Part shown: piece by piece, positions 51,921-61,480 of the stretch
How the letters are laid out: every line of letters starts with the position of its first letter
Position numbering within the stretch: the first letter of the stretch is position 1
Assembly (NCBI GenBank): GCA_963708045.1
Contig: OY970181.1
Span: 451,740-515,739, forward strand
DNA length: 64,000 bases
DNA from: an uncultured bacterium
Lineage (GTDB): Bacteria > Patescibacteriota > Patescibacteriia > CAIQCM01
Direction: 5' to 3'
Made by a program: the position numbers and the translations under genes
The notes under the pieces: generated by a model
Told to the model about the DNA's origin: nothing
The model's database searches: none
The model's input: only the letters and a program-made list of their open reading frames with translations

Positions 51921-52370
51921 ATGGTAATTACTATTTGCTCAAGCGTTGATTTTACGCCAAAAATAAAAGAAATCAGGGAGATTTTAGAAAATAAGGGCTG
52001 GAAAGTTAATATTCCTTATGTTTCCCAGAAGATTATTGACGGGCTTCTGTCTTATGAAGATTTTTTGAAAACAAAAGAAAGCAGTGGTGATATATCTATT
52101 AGAAAAGACCAAAACGTTGACCTAATAAAACGATATTGGGATTTTATTAAAAATTCTGATGCTATCCTGGTGCTTAATCTTGATAAAAAGGGGATTGCTG
52201 GTTATGTCGGCGGCAGTACTTTAATGGAGATGGGGTTTGCTTATGGGCACGGTAAAAAAATTTATCTCTTTAATAATATTCCGGCGCGAAGCGAAAGAAT
52301 TCATTACGTTGATGAGATAATGGATATGAAACCAATTGTTATAAACAGCGATCTAGATAAAATAATTTAA
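51921..52370 (+). CDS. Nucleoside 2-deoxyribosyltransferase-like protein
   Basis: ITICSS, SDAILVLN, GYVGGSTLMEMGFAY..GKKIY. Confidence 0.8.
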   Translation: MVITICSSVDFTPKIKEIREILENKGWKVNIPYVSQKIIDGLLSYEDFLKTKESSGDISIRKDQNVDLIKRYWDFIKNSDAILVLNLDKKGIAGYVGGSTLMEMGFAYGHGKKIYLFNNIPARSERIHYVDEIMDMKPIVINSDLDKII

Positions 52371-52397
52371 CCTTTTTAATTTCATAAAAATAAATAG

Positions 52398-52433
52398 AAA
52401 AGCCGTTCGTCCCTGTGGGAACGAACGGCTTTT
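52398..52433. terminator. Bidirectional intrinsic terminator
   Basis: AAAAGCCGTTCGT...ACGAACGGCTTTT between convergent genes. Confidence 0.8.
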
Positions 52434-52457
52434 GGCGAGGGGTTGTCTAGGGTGAGT

Positions 52458-53162
52458 CTACCGTTGGCAGACTGTCTCGTCTTTGGCGCAAGCGGCTAGG
52501 CGCAGACCGTAGAGTTGTGTCACTATACCGCCGACATTGTCGCCAGCACGGAAAGCTACATCAACTGCTTTGACGGCGTCGGTTACGGCATCGTGCCACA
52601 TCGCAGTCTTGCCGTTGACGCAATCCTGTAGACGCTGAACCATGTGCTCGGCAAATCCAATACGCGCCTTACGGGCGAGATCCTTAAGCTCGGATTCTAG
52701 TTTCTTGTCGATCTCAAACATCGTCGCCAGGCTTACTGCCTGCGTTGCCTCGGCCACCGCGTTTTCGGCAGTGCCGATGACTTCGCCTGGTTTTTCATCA
52801 AAAGCGCGAAGAACAACGAACGACCTGTTAATGACGTGATGCCTGCGTGTAGCCGTGGCTAGCTTGCGCCACTGATTGCGAAGAGAGGTGTTGGTCGCAT
52901 CCAAATTATTGAGAGCCACATTGGCCTTCTCTATCACATTCTCCATTACCGAGATGTTTGAGAGAAACTGGTCATCAACGAACATTTGAAGCGCGAACAT
53001 AGCTTCGTAGGCGCGTAGCTTGACGAGGGGACTATCCGTTGGTTTGGACTTCTCGCCGATGCTCGTTGCGGCGGGTGTCGCCTTGGATACGCTGGACTTG
53101 TGAGCGCAGGACGCAAAGGCGAGGGCGAAAACAACAGAACCGAACATTGCGATCTTTTTCAT
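52458..53162 (-). CDS. Hypothetical alpha-helical lipoprotein
   Basis: FASC lipobox, AAGGAG SD, own promoter at ~53284-53311. Confidence 0.78.
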   Translation of the reverse strand: MKKIAMFGSVVFALAFASCAHKSSVSKATPAATSIGEKSKPTDSPLVKLRAYEAMFALQMFVDDQFLSNISVMENVIEKANVALNNLDATNTSLRNQWRKLATATRRHHVINRSFVVLRAFDEKPGEVIGTAENAVAEATQAVSLATMFEIDKKLESELKDLARKARIGFAEHMVQRLQDCVNGKTAMWHDAVTDAVKAVDVAFRAGDNVGGIVTQLYGLRLAACAKDETVCQR

Positions 53163-53555
53163 TGAGTGTCTCCTTCTCCTGATTTCTGATTAAACAGTTA
53201 CTTCCGGCCACTCTGTTTACATATATGGTAATGTAAACAGAGTGGCCAAAAGCAACTGATTTTAAAGAGCTTATTAACGTAAGATAATACCAGATTTTGC
53301 TATTTTGTCAATAGAACACACGTGGCTTTTTAACAATTTTTGGCCTATTTTAAACAAAATGAATATAAAGTAGCTGGGCAGTATAAATTATCAAAAATCA
53401 ACTAGCTCCGTAGACAATACCCACAAAAACCCCTATAATCTCGGAAGGTGTTTGAAAAGACAAAAAAGCATTCTTCCGAGTTTGTCCGATCGGAAAAATC
53501 GGAAGAATATTTTTCTATAAAAAGAAAATTAGAATCATAAATTTATTGTCCGTGC

Positions 53556-53643
53556 GGAGAGGTGCCAGAGTGGACGATTGGGACAGTCTTGAAAACTGTT
53601 GAACCTTAATAGGGTTCCGTGAGTTTGAATCTCACCCTCTCCG
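53556..53643 (+). tRNA. tRNA-Ser(TGA), CCA not encoded
   Basis: GGAGAGG acceptor stem, ACAGT-CTTGAAA-ACTGT anticodon arm, long variable arm, GTGAG-TTTGAAT-CTCAC T arm. Confidence 0.94.
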
Positions 53644-53681
53644 CTCGGATAGTAAGTTTTATCATTGTCGTCAAAATTTTT

Positions 53682-54041
53682 ATGAATAAACAATTAATTA
53701 AAGACGCGTTGGGGTGGGGGACTGTGCTTTGGCTGGTTGGATATATTTTGGGCTTTGTTTTTTTCTTTATTTTTCCTCCGGCGCTTATCGGTTGGTTTAT
53801 AATGCCGATCGCAACGCTCTTTACGCTTTGGGTATTGTTTAAAAAAGTTAAGGGCAACTCGTTTAAATATTATCTTATCGTCGCGGTTGTTTGGGCGATC
53901 ATCGCCGTTGCGATGGATTATCTTTTTATTGTAAAAATGTTAAAGCCCGCGGATGGTTATTATAAGGTGGATGTATATTTGTATTACATTTTGACACTCG
54001 TCCTACCGCTTGTTGTCGGCTTGAAACGAAAGGGGATATAA
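53682..54041 (+). CDS. Hypothetical 4-TM membrane protein
   Basis: Hydrophobic; YYKVDVYLYY motif. Confidence 0.75.
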   Translation: MNKQLIKDALGWGTVLWLVGYILGFVFFFIFPPALIGWFIMPIATLFTLWVLFKKVKGNSFKYYLIVAVVWAIIAVAMDYLFIVKMLKPADGYYKVDVYLYYILTLVLPLVVGLKRKGI

Positions 54042-54044
54042 AAT

Positions 54045-54836
54045 ATGAATTTATTTAAAGTGATTCCGATTCACTCGCGCTGGAAATTAGCACTCAAAAC
54101 TTTGCCTTTTGTTATCGCGATCGTTATGGTTAAATTTATTGCCCACTATCTTGGTTACGAGTTTTTAACTTTAAATTCTCTTTTTACCGCGATAATCTCT
54201 GCTAACATATTTTTAATCGGTTTTCTTATTTCTGGTGTTTTGGTTGATTATAAGGAAAGCGAAAAAATACCAGGTGACCTTGCTTCAAGTATAGAAACAA
54301 TGGCCGATGAAGGGATGATTATTTTTAAAAATAAAAAATGCCAAGAAGCAAAAAACTTTTTGGTTAAGTTGTCGCAATTTAATGCGGAACTGTTGAATTG
54401 GTTTTATGGAAAAGAACGGACAGGTGGCATAATGAAAAAATTGTTTTCTTTTAATGATGATTTTTTGTCATTTGAAAGCCAAACGCAGGCAAATTTTATT
54501 GTTCGCCTTAAGCAAGAACAAAATTTTATCAGGAAAATGATTAACCGCGTTCATACGATTCGCGAAACATCATTTTTGGGAACGGGTTACGCCATTGCTG
54601 AGATCATTACTTTTGTCCTGACGGTTGGTTTGGTCTTTATTAAAATGGATCCGTTCTACGAAAGCGTTTTCTTTGTTTCTTTTGTTAGTTTTATTTTAAT
54701 TTATATGATTTATTTTATTAAAGATTTGGATAATCCATTTGGATACAATGATAATAGCAGCTTGGTTGAAGATGTATCCTTAAAACCGATTAAAGATAGT
54801 CAAAAAAGGTTGGACTCCTATCTTCAAGAAATTTAA
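54045..54836 (+). CDS. Bestrophin-like membrane protein
   Basis: GFLISG..DYKESE and DLDNPF motifs, 4 TMs. Confidence 0.7.
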   Translation: MNLFKVIPIHSRWKLALKTLPFVIAIVMVKFIAHYLGYEFLTLNSLFTAIISANIFLIGFLISGVLVDYKESEKIPGDLASSIETMADEGMIIFKNKKCQEAKNFLVKLSQFNAELLNWFYGKERTGGIMKKLFSFNDDFLSFESQTQANFIVRLKQEQNFIRKMINRVHTIRETSFLGTGYAIAEIITFVLTVGLVFIKMDPFYESVFFVSFVSFILIYMIYFIKDLDNPFGYNDNSSLVEDVSLKPIKDSQKRLDSYLQEI

Positions 54837-54850
54837 GTTTAAAAATATAA

Positions 54851-55501
54851 ATGGAAATTATTTTAGGCGTCATAAATTTTATTCTTCATTTTGACGTTCA
54901 CTTGGGCGAAATTATCGCTCACTACGGGATTTTGGCATACGCGTTTTTGTTTGCAATAATATTTATTGAAACAGGTTTGGTGTTAATGCCATTTTTGCCC
55001 GGCGATTCGCTCTTGTTCGCGGCCGGCGCGTTTGCAGCCATCGGCCCGTTTAACATTGTTGTTTTGCTTATCTTGCTCTGGATCGCGGCTTTTTTGGGTG
55101 ATACGGTTAATTTTTTAATCGGACGTTACCTTGGACAAAAGTTAATTGCTAATTCAAAAATTCCTATCAACCAAAATCACATAGATAGAACGCATAAATT
55201 TTTTGACAAATACGGCGGCAAAGCGATTTTTTTGGCGCGCTTTGTGCCGATTGTCCGTACTTTTGCGCCGTTTGTCGCCGGAATCGGAAAAATGGATTAC
55301 AAAAAATTTGTCTATTACAACGTGATTGGCGGGTTGGTTTGGGTTTTTGGTTTTACTCTGCTTGGATATTTTTTCGGCAATATGCCGACGGTCAAGAAAA
55401 ATTTTTCCATTGTCATTTTGGCGATAATAATATTATCGGTTGCCCCGATTGCTATTGAATTTATAAAAGCAAAAATGCACCAAGCCAAGAATACTAAATA
55501 A
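54851..55501 (+). CDS. dedA: DedA family protein
   Basis: ETGL..PFLPGDSLLF, ARFVPIVRTFAPFVAG. Confidence 0.95.
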   Translation: MEIILGVINFILHFDVHLGEIIAHYGILAYAFLFAIIFIETGLVLMPFLPGDSLLFAAGAFAAIGPFNIVVLLILLWIAAFLGDTVNFLIGRYLGQKLIANSKIPINQNHIDRTHKFFDKYGGKAIFLARFVPIVRTFAPFVAGIGKMDYKKFVYYNVIGGLVWVFGFTLLGYFFGNMPTVKKNFSIVILAIIILSVAPIAIEFIKAKMHQAKNTK

Positions 55502-55513
55502 CGCTTGATTGAT

Positions 55514-56551
55514 ATGGTTAATAAGGTAAAAATTTATACCAAAGAATTTGCTAGAAATTACTCGTTGTTTCAGATTGTTGCTAATAATGAATTTAACAAA
55601 CGATCAACGTCGGAATTTAGTGCCGTTCCCGATATAGGCCAGGCGCTTTATCTTCATACCGGCGGTTCGCTAGTAGATATTTATTATCTTCCTGGGGAGG
55701 TAAAAAGGATTTTTAACGAATTTGGAAGATTAGCCTCTAACGTCAGTTATTTTTACGGAGTTATTGCAAAATTTTTTGATGTTACAGAAGAAATAATGCC
55801 GTATTTTGAAAAGAAAAAATCAGTTAAAAATATTGATGAGTTAAAAGGCATTTATGAATTGTATAAGGATTATTGCTACGGCGAGTCCGCAGCTTGGGTT
55901 GCACCCTTGGTTGAAAGTTTATCAAAAGAGATAAGGGATAGAGCTTTGTCCGCCAGAGAAAAAACGCAACATTTGACCTCAATGCGTGATCAAATGTTTG
56001 ATTATAATCTGGTTACATTATTTCCAAAGCTTGGTGCGTTAACGCATTTTGTAACGCCGGAAAGCGTTTTCTCAGGAAAGCCATTGGAAGAGCTTTTTAA
56101 GGAGGCCAACGCAAACAAAAATGGTTTCATATATTTTGACGGCATTGTTTATGCGGGGGAACAAGATAAAATATTAAAAAAATTAAATATAGAACTGGAC
56201 GACAATACTCCAGCAAAAGGCACAAAATTTATTAAAGGCCAGTCGGCTTCGGTTGGAAAAGTAAGGGGACGAGTAAAAATTATTTTAACCGGCAAAGAAA
56301 TAGACAAAATTTCTTTGGGTGATATTTTGGTAAGCCCAATGACAAGGCCGGATTTTATTCCGGCGATGATTAAAGCGGCAGCCTTTGTTACCGATGAAGG
56401 CGGGGTGACCTGCCACGCTGCGATTGTTGCGCGTGAAATGAAAAAGCCTTGCGTTATTGGAACAAGAATCGCCACGCGAATTCTTAAGGATGGCGACCTT
56501 GTTGAAGTTGACGCTAATACGGGAGTGGTTGAAATTCTTGATGAAAAATAA
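55514..56551 (+). CDS. PEP-utilising enzyme mobile (phospho-His swivel) domain protein
   Basis: [25 protein letters not shown]; no ATP-grasp domain. Confidence 0.9.
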   Translation: MVNKVKIYTKEFARNYSLFQIVANNEFNKRSTSEFSAVPDIGQALYLHTGGSLVDIYYLPGEVKRIFNEFGRLASNVSYFYGVIAKFFDVTEEIMPYFEKKKSVKNIDELKGIYELYKDYCYGESAAWVAPLVESLSKEIRDRALSAREKTQHLTSMRDQMFDYNLVTLFPKLGALTHFVTPESVFSGKPLEELFKEANANKNGFIYFDGIVYAGEQDKILKKLNIELDDNTPAKGTKFIKGQSASVGKVRGRVKIILTGKEIDKISLGDILVSPMTRPDFIPAMIKAAAFVTDEGGVTCHAAIVAREMKKPCVIGTRIATRILKDGDLVEVDANTGVVEILDEK

Positions 56552-57077
56552 TTTTATGCAAAAAGATTTTGAAAAGACTAAATTCACGCTTGGCGCGTTT
56601 GGGGTGATTTTTGATGATGAAGGTCGGGTATTGCTTTGTCACCGAACTGACCACGACTTATGGAATTTGCCGGGCGGTACGGTTGAGCCGGGTGAAACAC
56701 CGGCGGATACCGTGATTAGAGAAGTTAAAGAAGAAACGGGATTTGAGGTGGAGATAGTTAAGTTAATTGGCGTTTACAGCAAAGAAAAGAAAAACGATTT
56801 GGTTTTTTCTTTTGCCTGCAAAATTATTTCTGGTGAACGGACATTAAATTTTGAAGCTGATAAAATTGAATATTTCGCCGTTAGTGATTTGCCAGTTAAT
56901 CTGCCGCCGAATCATTTAGACCGAATCAATGACGCACGTTTAGGTTTGAGTGAAACTATTTTTAAAATTCAAAAAGGCAAATCAAGTCTGGAGTTGCTTA
57001 AGGAATTAAAATTAAACGGCAATATTTCAGCCCCCCCGATGGCCATCGGGGGGAAGGGGGGGTTCGTTCCGTCCTAA
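56541..57077 (+). CDS. NUDIX hydrolase
   Basis: [23 protein letters not shown]; start 56541 or 56556; 3' end runs into repeat family A. Confidence 0.9.
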   Translation: MKNNFMQKDFEKTKFTLGAFGVIFDDEGRVLLCHRTDHDLWNLPGGTVEPGETPADTVIREVKEETGFEVEIVKLIGVYSKEKKNDLVFSFACKIISGERTLNFEADKIEYFAVSDLPVNLPPNHLDRINDARLGLSETIFKIQKGKSSLELLKELKLNGNISAPPMAIGGKGGFVPS

Positions 57078-57128
57078 CGTAATAAAACAGAACTCTCCCT
57101 ACCCTCCCTTTTACCAAAGGGAGGACTA
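57027..57128. repeat. Repeat family A, copy 3 (left hairpin replaced by CCCCCCGATGGCCATCGGGGGG)
   Basis: Right unit is identical to copy 1. Confidence 0.85.
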
Positions 57129-57235
57129 AGATTTTTCGTTCCATCTCATCCTCGTCTTTGCAAAAAAGATTGTATTGGATTTAAAAAAATTCTAATAAGC
57201 GGTATTATGGAATAATAATCATTAATTATAATGAT

Positions 57236-57676
57236 ATGTTAAAAATTGGAATTCAAGCGCCTGATTTTTCGGCGCCAGACCAAGCGGGGAAAATGCAACA
57301 TCTCTCCGACTACGTCGGAAAATGGGTGCTTCTTTATTTTTATCCAAAGGATTTTACTTCCGGTTGCACGACCGAAGCGTGTTCAATTCGCGATAACTAT
57401 GAAGGTTTTAAAAAAATAGACGCCGTTGTTTTGGGGGTCAGTACCGACTCGGTGGAAAGCCACACGGATTTTTCCGACGAATACTCACTGCCTTTTACGA
57501 TTATTTCCGATCCGGAAAAGAAAATCGTTGACGCGTACGGAGCAAATGGAATAATGACGCGCCGTGTTTCGTATTTAATTGATCCCGAAGGAAAAATTGC
57601 CAAGGCATACGATAAAGTTAAGCCCGAAGCGCATAGCGCCGAAGTGTTAAAGGATTTGGCAGAATTAAAAAAATAA
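57236..57676 (+). CDS. bcp: Peroxiredoxin Q / BCP
   Basis: YFYPKDFTSGCTTEAC. Confidence 0.93.
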   Translation: MLKIGIQAPDFSAPDQAGKMQHLSDYVGKWVLLYFYPKDFTSGCTTEACSIRDNYEGFKKIDAVVLGVSTDSVESHTDFSDEYSLPFTIISDPEKKIVDAYGANGIMTRRVSYLIDPEGKIAKAYDKVKPEAHSAEVLKDLAELKK

Positions 57677-58186
57677 ATGTCACCGATACAAATAATTGTT
57701 TTTCTCGTTTTGCTTGTTTTTCTCGTAAGCGCGGTTGCTGCGAGCGCGGCGCCTTGGTTGCCGACAAAACAAGGGGACGTTGAACGGATTCTAAAATTAG
57801 CCGAGATTAAAACGGGCGAAGTTTTTTACGACCTTGGTTGCGGCGACGGTCGGTTGGTCGGCGTGGCGTCGCGTGCCGGGGCAAAGGCTAGTGGTTTTGA
57901 TATTTCGCTTTTGCCGTACCTTTTGGCGCGCCTGCGTTTGGCGCGAGAAAAAGGCAACCCCAAAATAATCTTTAAGAATTTTTTTAAACAAGACTTATCT
58001 AAAGCGGATATTGTTTATTTATTTTTAACGCCGCCTGTGATGACAAAGGTTAAAGACAAGCTTGTCGCTGGTCTTAAAAAGGGGACGCGGGTAATTTCGT
58101 ATGCCTTCGCCATTCCTGGTTTGGAATTGGTCGTAAAAGACACCGCCCCCGGCCGGCCAAATATTTATTTATACCGAATATTTTAG
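57677..58186 (+). CDS. Class I SAM-dependent methyltransferase
   Basis: APWLPT, FYDLGCGDGR, ADIVYLFL, GTRVISYAF. Confidence 0.9.
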   Translation: MSPIQIIVFLVLLVFLVSAVAASAAPWLPTKQGDVERILKLAEIKTGEVFYDLGCGDGRLVGVASRAGAKASGFDISLLPYLLARLRLAREKGNPKIIFKNFFKQDLSKADIVYLFLTPPVMTKVKDKLVAGLKKGTRVISYAFAIPGLELVVKDTAPGRPNIYLYRIF

Positions 58187-58305
58187 CCCACTCTTTGCAA
58201 AAGAGGGGGTAGGGGGAGTTCGTTCCGTCATAAATAACCTTGACGTAATAAAACAGAACTCTCCCGGCCTTCGGCCACCCTCCCTTTTACCAAAGGGAGG
58301 GGCTA
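58183..58305. repeat. Repeat family A, copy 4 (hybrid with family C GGCCTTCGGCC)
   Basis: Supplies the TAG stop of the methyltransferase gene. Confidence 0.88.
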
Positions 58306-58340
58306 TATGCCAAGACTTTTTTGCGCTATAATATATAACT

Positions 58341-58826
58341 ATGGAAAATCAATCGCCGCACGGACAAATTCTTCTTTCTTGGCCAACCTACGCCCATGAC
58401 CACTATATTCGCGGAACGGTCTGGTACGCGATTTTTGTTACACTCTGGACAGCGTCCGTCGTTTATTCGGTTTGGTCATATAATTTTACATTAGCCGCGA
58501 TTTTGGTGATGTTTGCGGCCGTTGTTGCGATTCAAGCCACGCGTCCGCCTCATAAGTACGAAGCCGTGCTTACCGATCGGGGAATATTAATCGGCGAAAG
58601 ATTTGTTTCCTACCGCGAGCTGGTTGATTTTTGGATTATCTACGATCCGCCGATTTGCTCGCTTTACTTGGATTTAAAAAGTGCTTTGGTTACCAGATTG
58701 CATGTTGGCTTGGAAAACATTGATCCCAATAAAGTGCGTGAAATTTTGCTTAAAAACGTAAAAGAAGATTTGACGCACGATAGCGAACCCGCGATTGATT
58801 CACTCTCAAGAATCCTGAAGATTTGA
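58341..58826 (+). CDS. Conserved CPR 2-TM hypothetical protein
   Basis: LSW..., WY, two TMs, GILIG..Y..L..FWI pattern. Confidence 0.75.
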   Translation: MENQSPHGQILLSWPTYAHDHYIRGTVWYAIFVTLWTASVVYSVWSYNFTLAAILVMFAAVVAIQATRPPHKYEAVLTDRGILIGERFVSYRELVDFWIIYDPPICSLYLDLKSALVTRLHVGLENIDPNKVREILLKNVKEDLTHDSEPAIDSLSRILKI

Positions 58827-58938
58827 CGAAAAACCACTTTTCGGGTAATCTTTTTTTGTTTCCGACGATATTATTTGCACGCGTATCTGCGCTTCGGTAA
58901 AGCAGGTGGCCTACGCTTGATACCCGTGGTCGTTCGGA

Positions 58939-59084
58939 GAAAATGCGTAAAGAACATCGGTTAAAAGCGCACAGCGCTTTTCTCGCAACATTGTATGTAA
59001 GGTTTTAAACAAACTCAAAACCTTACATACAATGTTGCGAGAAATCACCTCGGTGATTTTTAACCGATGTTAGGACGCACTTTC
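58939..59084. other. Large branched inverted-repeat structure upstream of tRNA-Arg
   Basis: Perfect 28-bp arms (58979-59006 / 59017-59044), two side hairpins and a 14-bp outer stem (58953-58966 / 59058-59071). Confidence 0.85.
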
Positions 59085-59096
59085 AATCCTCATCTC

Positions 59097-59174
59097 GCAC
59101 GCGTAGCTCAGCCCGGATAGAGCATCAGCTTGCGGAGCTGGTGGCCACAGGTTCAAATCCTGTCGCGTGCACCA
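59097..59174 (+). tRNA. tRNA-Arg(GCG)
   Basis: GCACGCG acceptor stem, TCAGC-TTGCGGA-GCTGG anticodon arm, GGTTCAAATCC, ACCA end; terminator at 59175-59200. Confidence 0.95.
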
Positions 59175-59289
59175 AAAAAATCCACCAACGTGGATTTTTT
59201 TGTTTGGCAAACAAACTGCTTTGTTTGGCGCCTGGCCTCAATAACCCAAAAATCAAAAAATGTGGTAAATTGATACCGCCGTTATATAT

Positions 59290-60732
59290 ATGAAATATAT
59301 GCCAGATATCATCTACGAAAATATAAAATTTAACGTCACTTTTAAAGAGTTTTTCCCACCTCTTCAGCTTTCCTTTTGGTCAAGTGATGATTTTCTTAAA
59401 ACCTACGAACGGATTACTGGAACGGACGCTGGTTTTATTTATGAGGTAAAAAATTCAGACCTGACTGGGTATATGGAAAGCGCCGCGCCGGAACGCGTTT
59501 TAAAGTCTGTTCAGGATAAGATTTCTGTTGCCTGGATAGATGAACAGTTGAAAAATTTTGACGCGCATCTAGAAAATCTAAAAAAGATTGTGGAAGCGGC
59601 CAGAGATGCGGAATATAACAAAGCTGATCTAATTAAACTTTTTGAAACACTGCGACAAGAAACTGGCAATATTTATCCTTACAGCAACGCTTTTTATTTA
59701 TTAAGTGCCGAGGTTGAGAAAAATATTCTTAATACGCTCAAACGTGATCGTTCGGAAGCGGAAGCAAACCAACTCCTCGCAAAATTAAGCCGGCCGATTA
59801 AAGAAACGTTTTTGGATAAATATACAACCGCGACCGAGGCATTAGCTAAGGAGTTATTAGAAAAGACGGGTACTGTTCAAATCAACAAGGTTGGCGATCT
59901 TTATCGCAACGATCCGATCTTTAAGAAAAAAATTGACGAATTGCGTGATGAGTATTTTTGTTTAACTTCATTAAATGGGGGAGAGCGAACGGTTGAGTCG
60001 TTGTTTCCTGATATTGCGCGAAAAATAAAATTATCGGCGTCGCAAGAAGAAATTTTTGTTCCCGAAACAATAAAAAAAGATTTGTATCTTCTTAGGGCGG
60101 CATTATACTTTAAAGATGAACCGTCAACTTTTGCTGTTCCTTTTGTTCGTTACGGCTTAGCTAAACATTGGGCCGCTGCTGCAGCGTTTCTAAATATAAA
60201 CATCGTCGATCTTGATCAGTTGCTTATTGACGAAGTCATCGCCTGTCTTAAAGAAACAAAAGATGTAAGGGATCTGGTTGAAGAAAGAAAAAAGGCAACG
60301 TTTTTCTTTCATAAGCCATTCCATAGCACGACGATTATTCAGGGTGCAAGAGCCGAAAAAGAAATGAGCCCTCTTTTAAACCAAAATTCCTTGGCCGATT
60401 ATGGATCGCTTTCTGAAATTTCAGGCAAAGTTGGCTCTAGCGGCAAAGCCACCGGACCGGTAAAAAAGATTCTTCACTCGTCGGAAATATCCGATTTTAA
60501 AGAAGGCCAAGTGCTTGTCGCTGTCTATACCGCGCCGGAGTTTGTCCCGGCTATGAAAAAAGCGGTTGCTATTGTAACTGACACAGGTGGCATAACTTGC
60601 CACGCCGCTATTGTTTCGCGCGAGTTAAAAATTCCTTGCGTTATTGGAACCAAGATCGCCACTCAGGTCTTAAAAGACGGGGATATTGTTGAAGTGGATG
60701 CGGAAAAGGGTTTGATTAGGATTATTAAATAA
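59290..60732 (+). CDS. PEP-utilising enzyme mobile domain protein (second paralogue)
   Basis: TDTGGITCHAAIVSRELKIPCVIGT. Confidence 0.9.
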   Translation: MKYMPDIIYENIKFNVTFKEFFPPLQLSFWSSDDFLKTYERITGTDAGFIYEVKNSDLTGYMESAAPERVLKSVQDKISVAWIDEQLKNFDAHLENLKKIVEAARDAEYNKADLIKLFETLRQETGNIYPYSNAFYLLSAEVEKNILNTLKRDRSEAEANQLLAKLSRPIKETFLDKYTTATEALAKELLEKTGTVQINKVGDLYRNDPIFKKKIDELRDEYFCLTSLNGGERTVESLFPDIARKIKLSASQEEIFVPETIKKDLYLLRAALYFKDEPSTFAVPFVRYGLAKHWAAAAAFLNINIVDLDQLLIDEVIACLKETKDVRDLVEERKKATFFFHKPFHSTTIIQGARAEKEMSPLLNQNSLADYGSLSEISGKVGSSGKATGPVKKILHSSEISDFKEGQVLVAVYTAPEFVPAMKKAVAIVTDTGGITCHAAIVSRELKIPCVIGTKIATQVLKDGDIVEVDAEKGLIRIIK

Positions 60733-60801
60733 TAAAGCCACATTTTAGCATTGACTTGTTCGCCATAAAGTTATAAGGTTTGTTGTTCAGAAAGGAAGTG
60801 A

Positions 60802-61335
60802 ATGATGAAGCGAATAAGTCTCGTTCTTTTGGTAATTAGTTTTCTTGGTTGTGCAACAAAGTCAAATGGAAAAGTGACGACCGTTTTGTCTTCTCCAGAT
60901 GATCCCGTGCGGCCAAAAGTTTTGCCGCCGATACCTAGCGCCGAAGAAACGGCCGTGTTTGTTCGCACCTCGCCAACGCTTGAGTGCTTAGTAACGCGAA
61001 CGCATGTTTCGTTAAAGCTTAAGGGGCGGCTTGGTTTGTTCAAGTATGGCCAAAGCGGGCTAGAAAAAGGCTTTAACGTTTGCCTGATCGGCGAAATCAA
61101 CGAGTGGCGGCCGACGTCAGAATATTGTCGGTCATACGTTCCTGATCCGAACCACGAATATCTTCTGGGTCCATTTTTACTGCCAAAGAAAGACCGCGAT
61201 CGTTTTACTTTCGCAAACGTGGTTCAGAACCTTGAATATCGTTGGGGCGGGATTAAGTTCATTACCGTTTCCGGCGCTTGCCGCTTAGAGCCCGACGACG
61301 GCGGCGACCGCTTTGTTTTCACAAAGCACAAATGA
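60802..61335 (+). CDS. Hypothetical lipoprotein
   Basis: FLGC lipobox, AAAGGAAG SD, TTGACT...TATAAG promoter, terminator hairpin at ~61353-61391. Confidence 0.75.
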   Translation: MMKRISLVLLVISFLGCATKSNGKVTTVLSSPDDPVRPKVLPPIPSAEETAVFVRTSPTLECLVTRTHVSLKLKGRLGLFKYGQSGLEKGFNVCLIGEINEWRPTSEYCRSYVPDPNHEYLLGPFLLPKKDRDRFTFANVVQNLEYRWGGIKFITVSGACRLEPDDGGDRFVFTKHK

Positions 61336-61406
61336 CCGCGCGAAGAGCGACTATGGCCGATAACCTTCTTGGTTGTCGGCCATTAATTTTTTCATGTTTT
61401 TTAAAA

Positions 61407-61442
61407 CCTCCCATCTTGGCGCGGCCGCGTCAAGATGGGAGG
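61407..61442. repeat. Solo copy of the family D 36-bp palindrome
   Basis: CCTCCCATCTTGGCGCGGCCGCGTCAAGATGGGAGG: same outer arms, covarying inner stem. Confidence 0.85.
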
Positions 61443-61480
61443 CGGGGGAGGTTATAAACTAGATTGTGTTTGGTAATATC

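Noticed and set aside
53619-53681. Upstream start of the 53619-54041 ORF
   Set aside because: It overlaps tRNA-Ser(TGA); ATG 53682 is preferred.
58855-59090. SRP RNA, tmRNA or RNase P RNA
   Set aside because: I could not find the diagnostic motifs (SRP helix-8 GGAA loop context, tmRNA tRNA-like ends, RNase P GAGGAAAGTCC).
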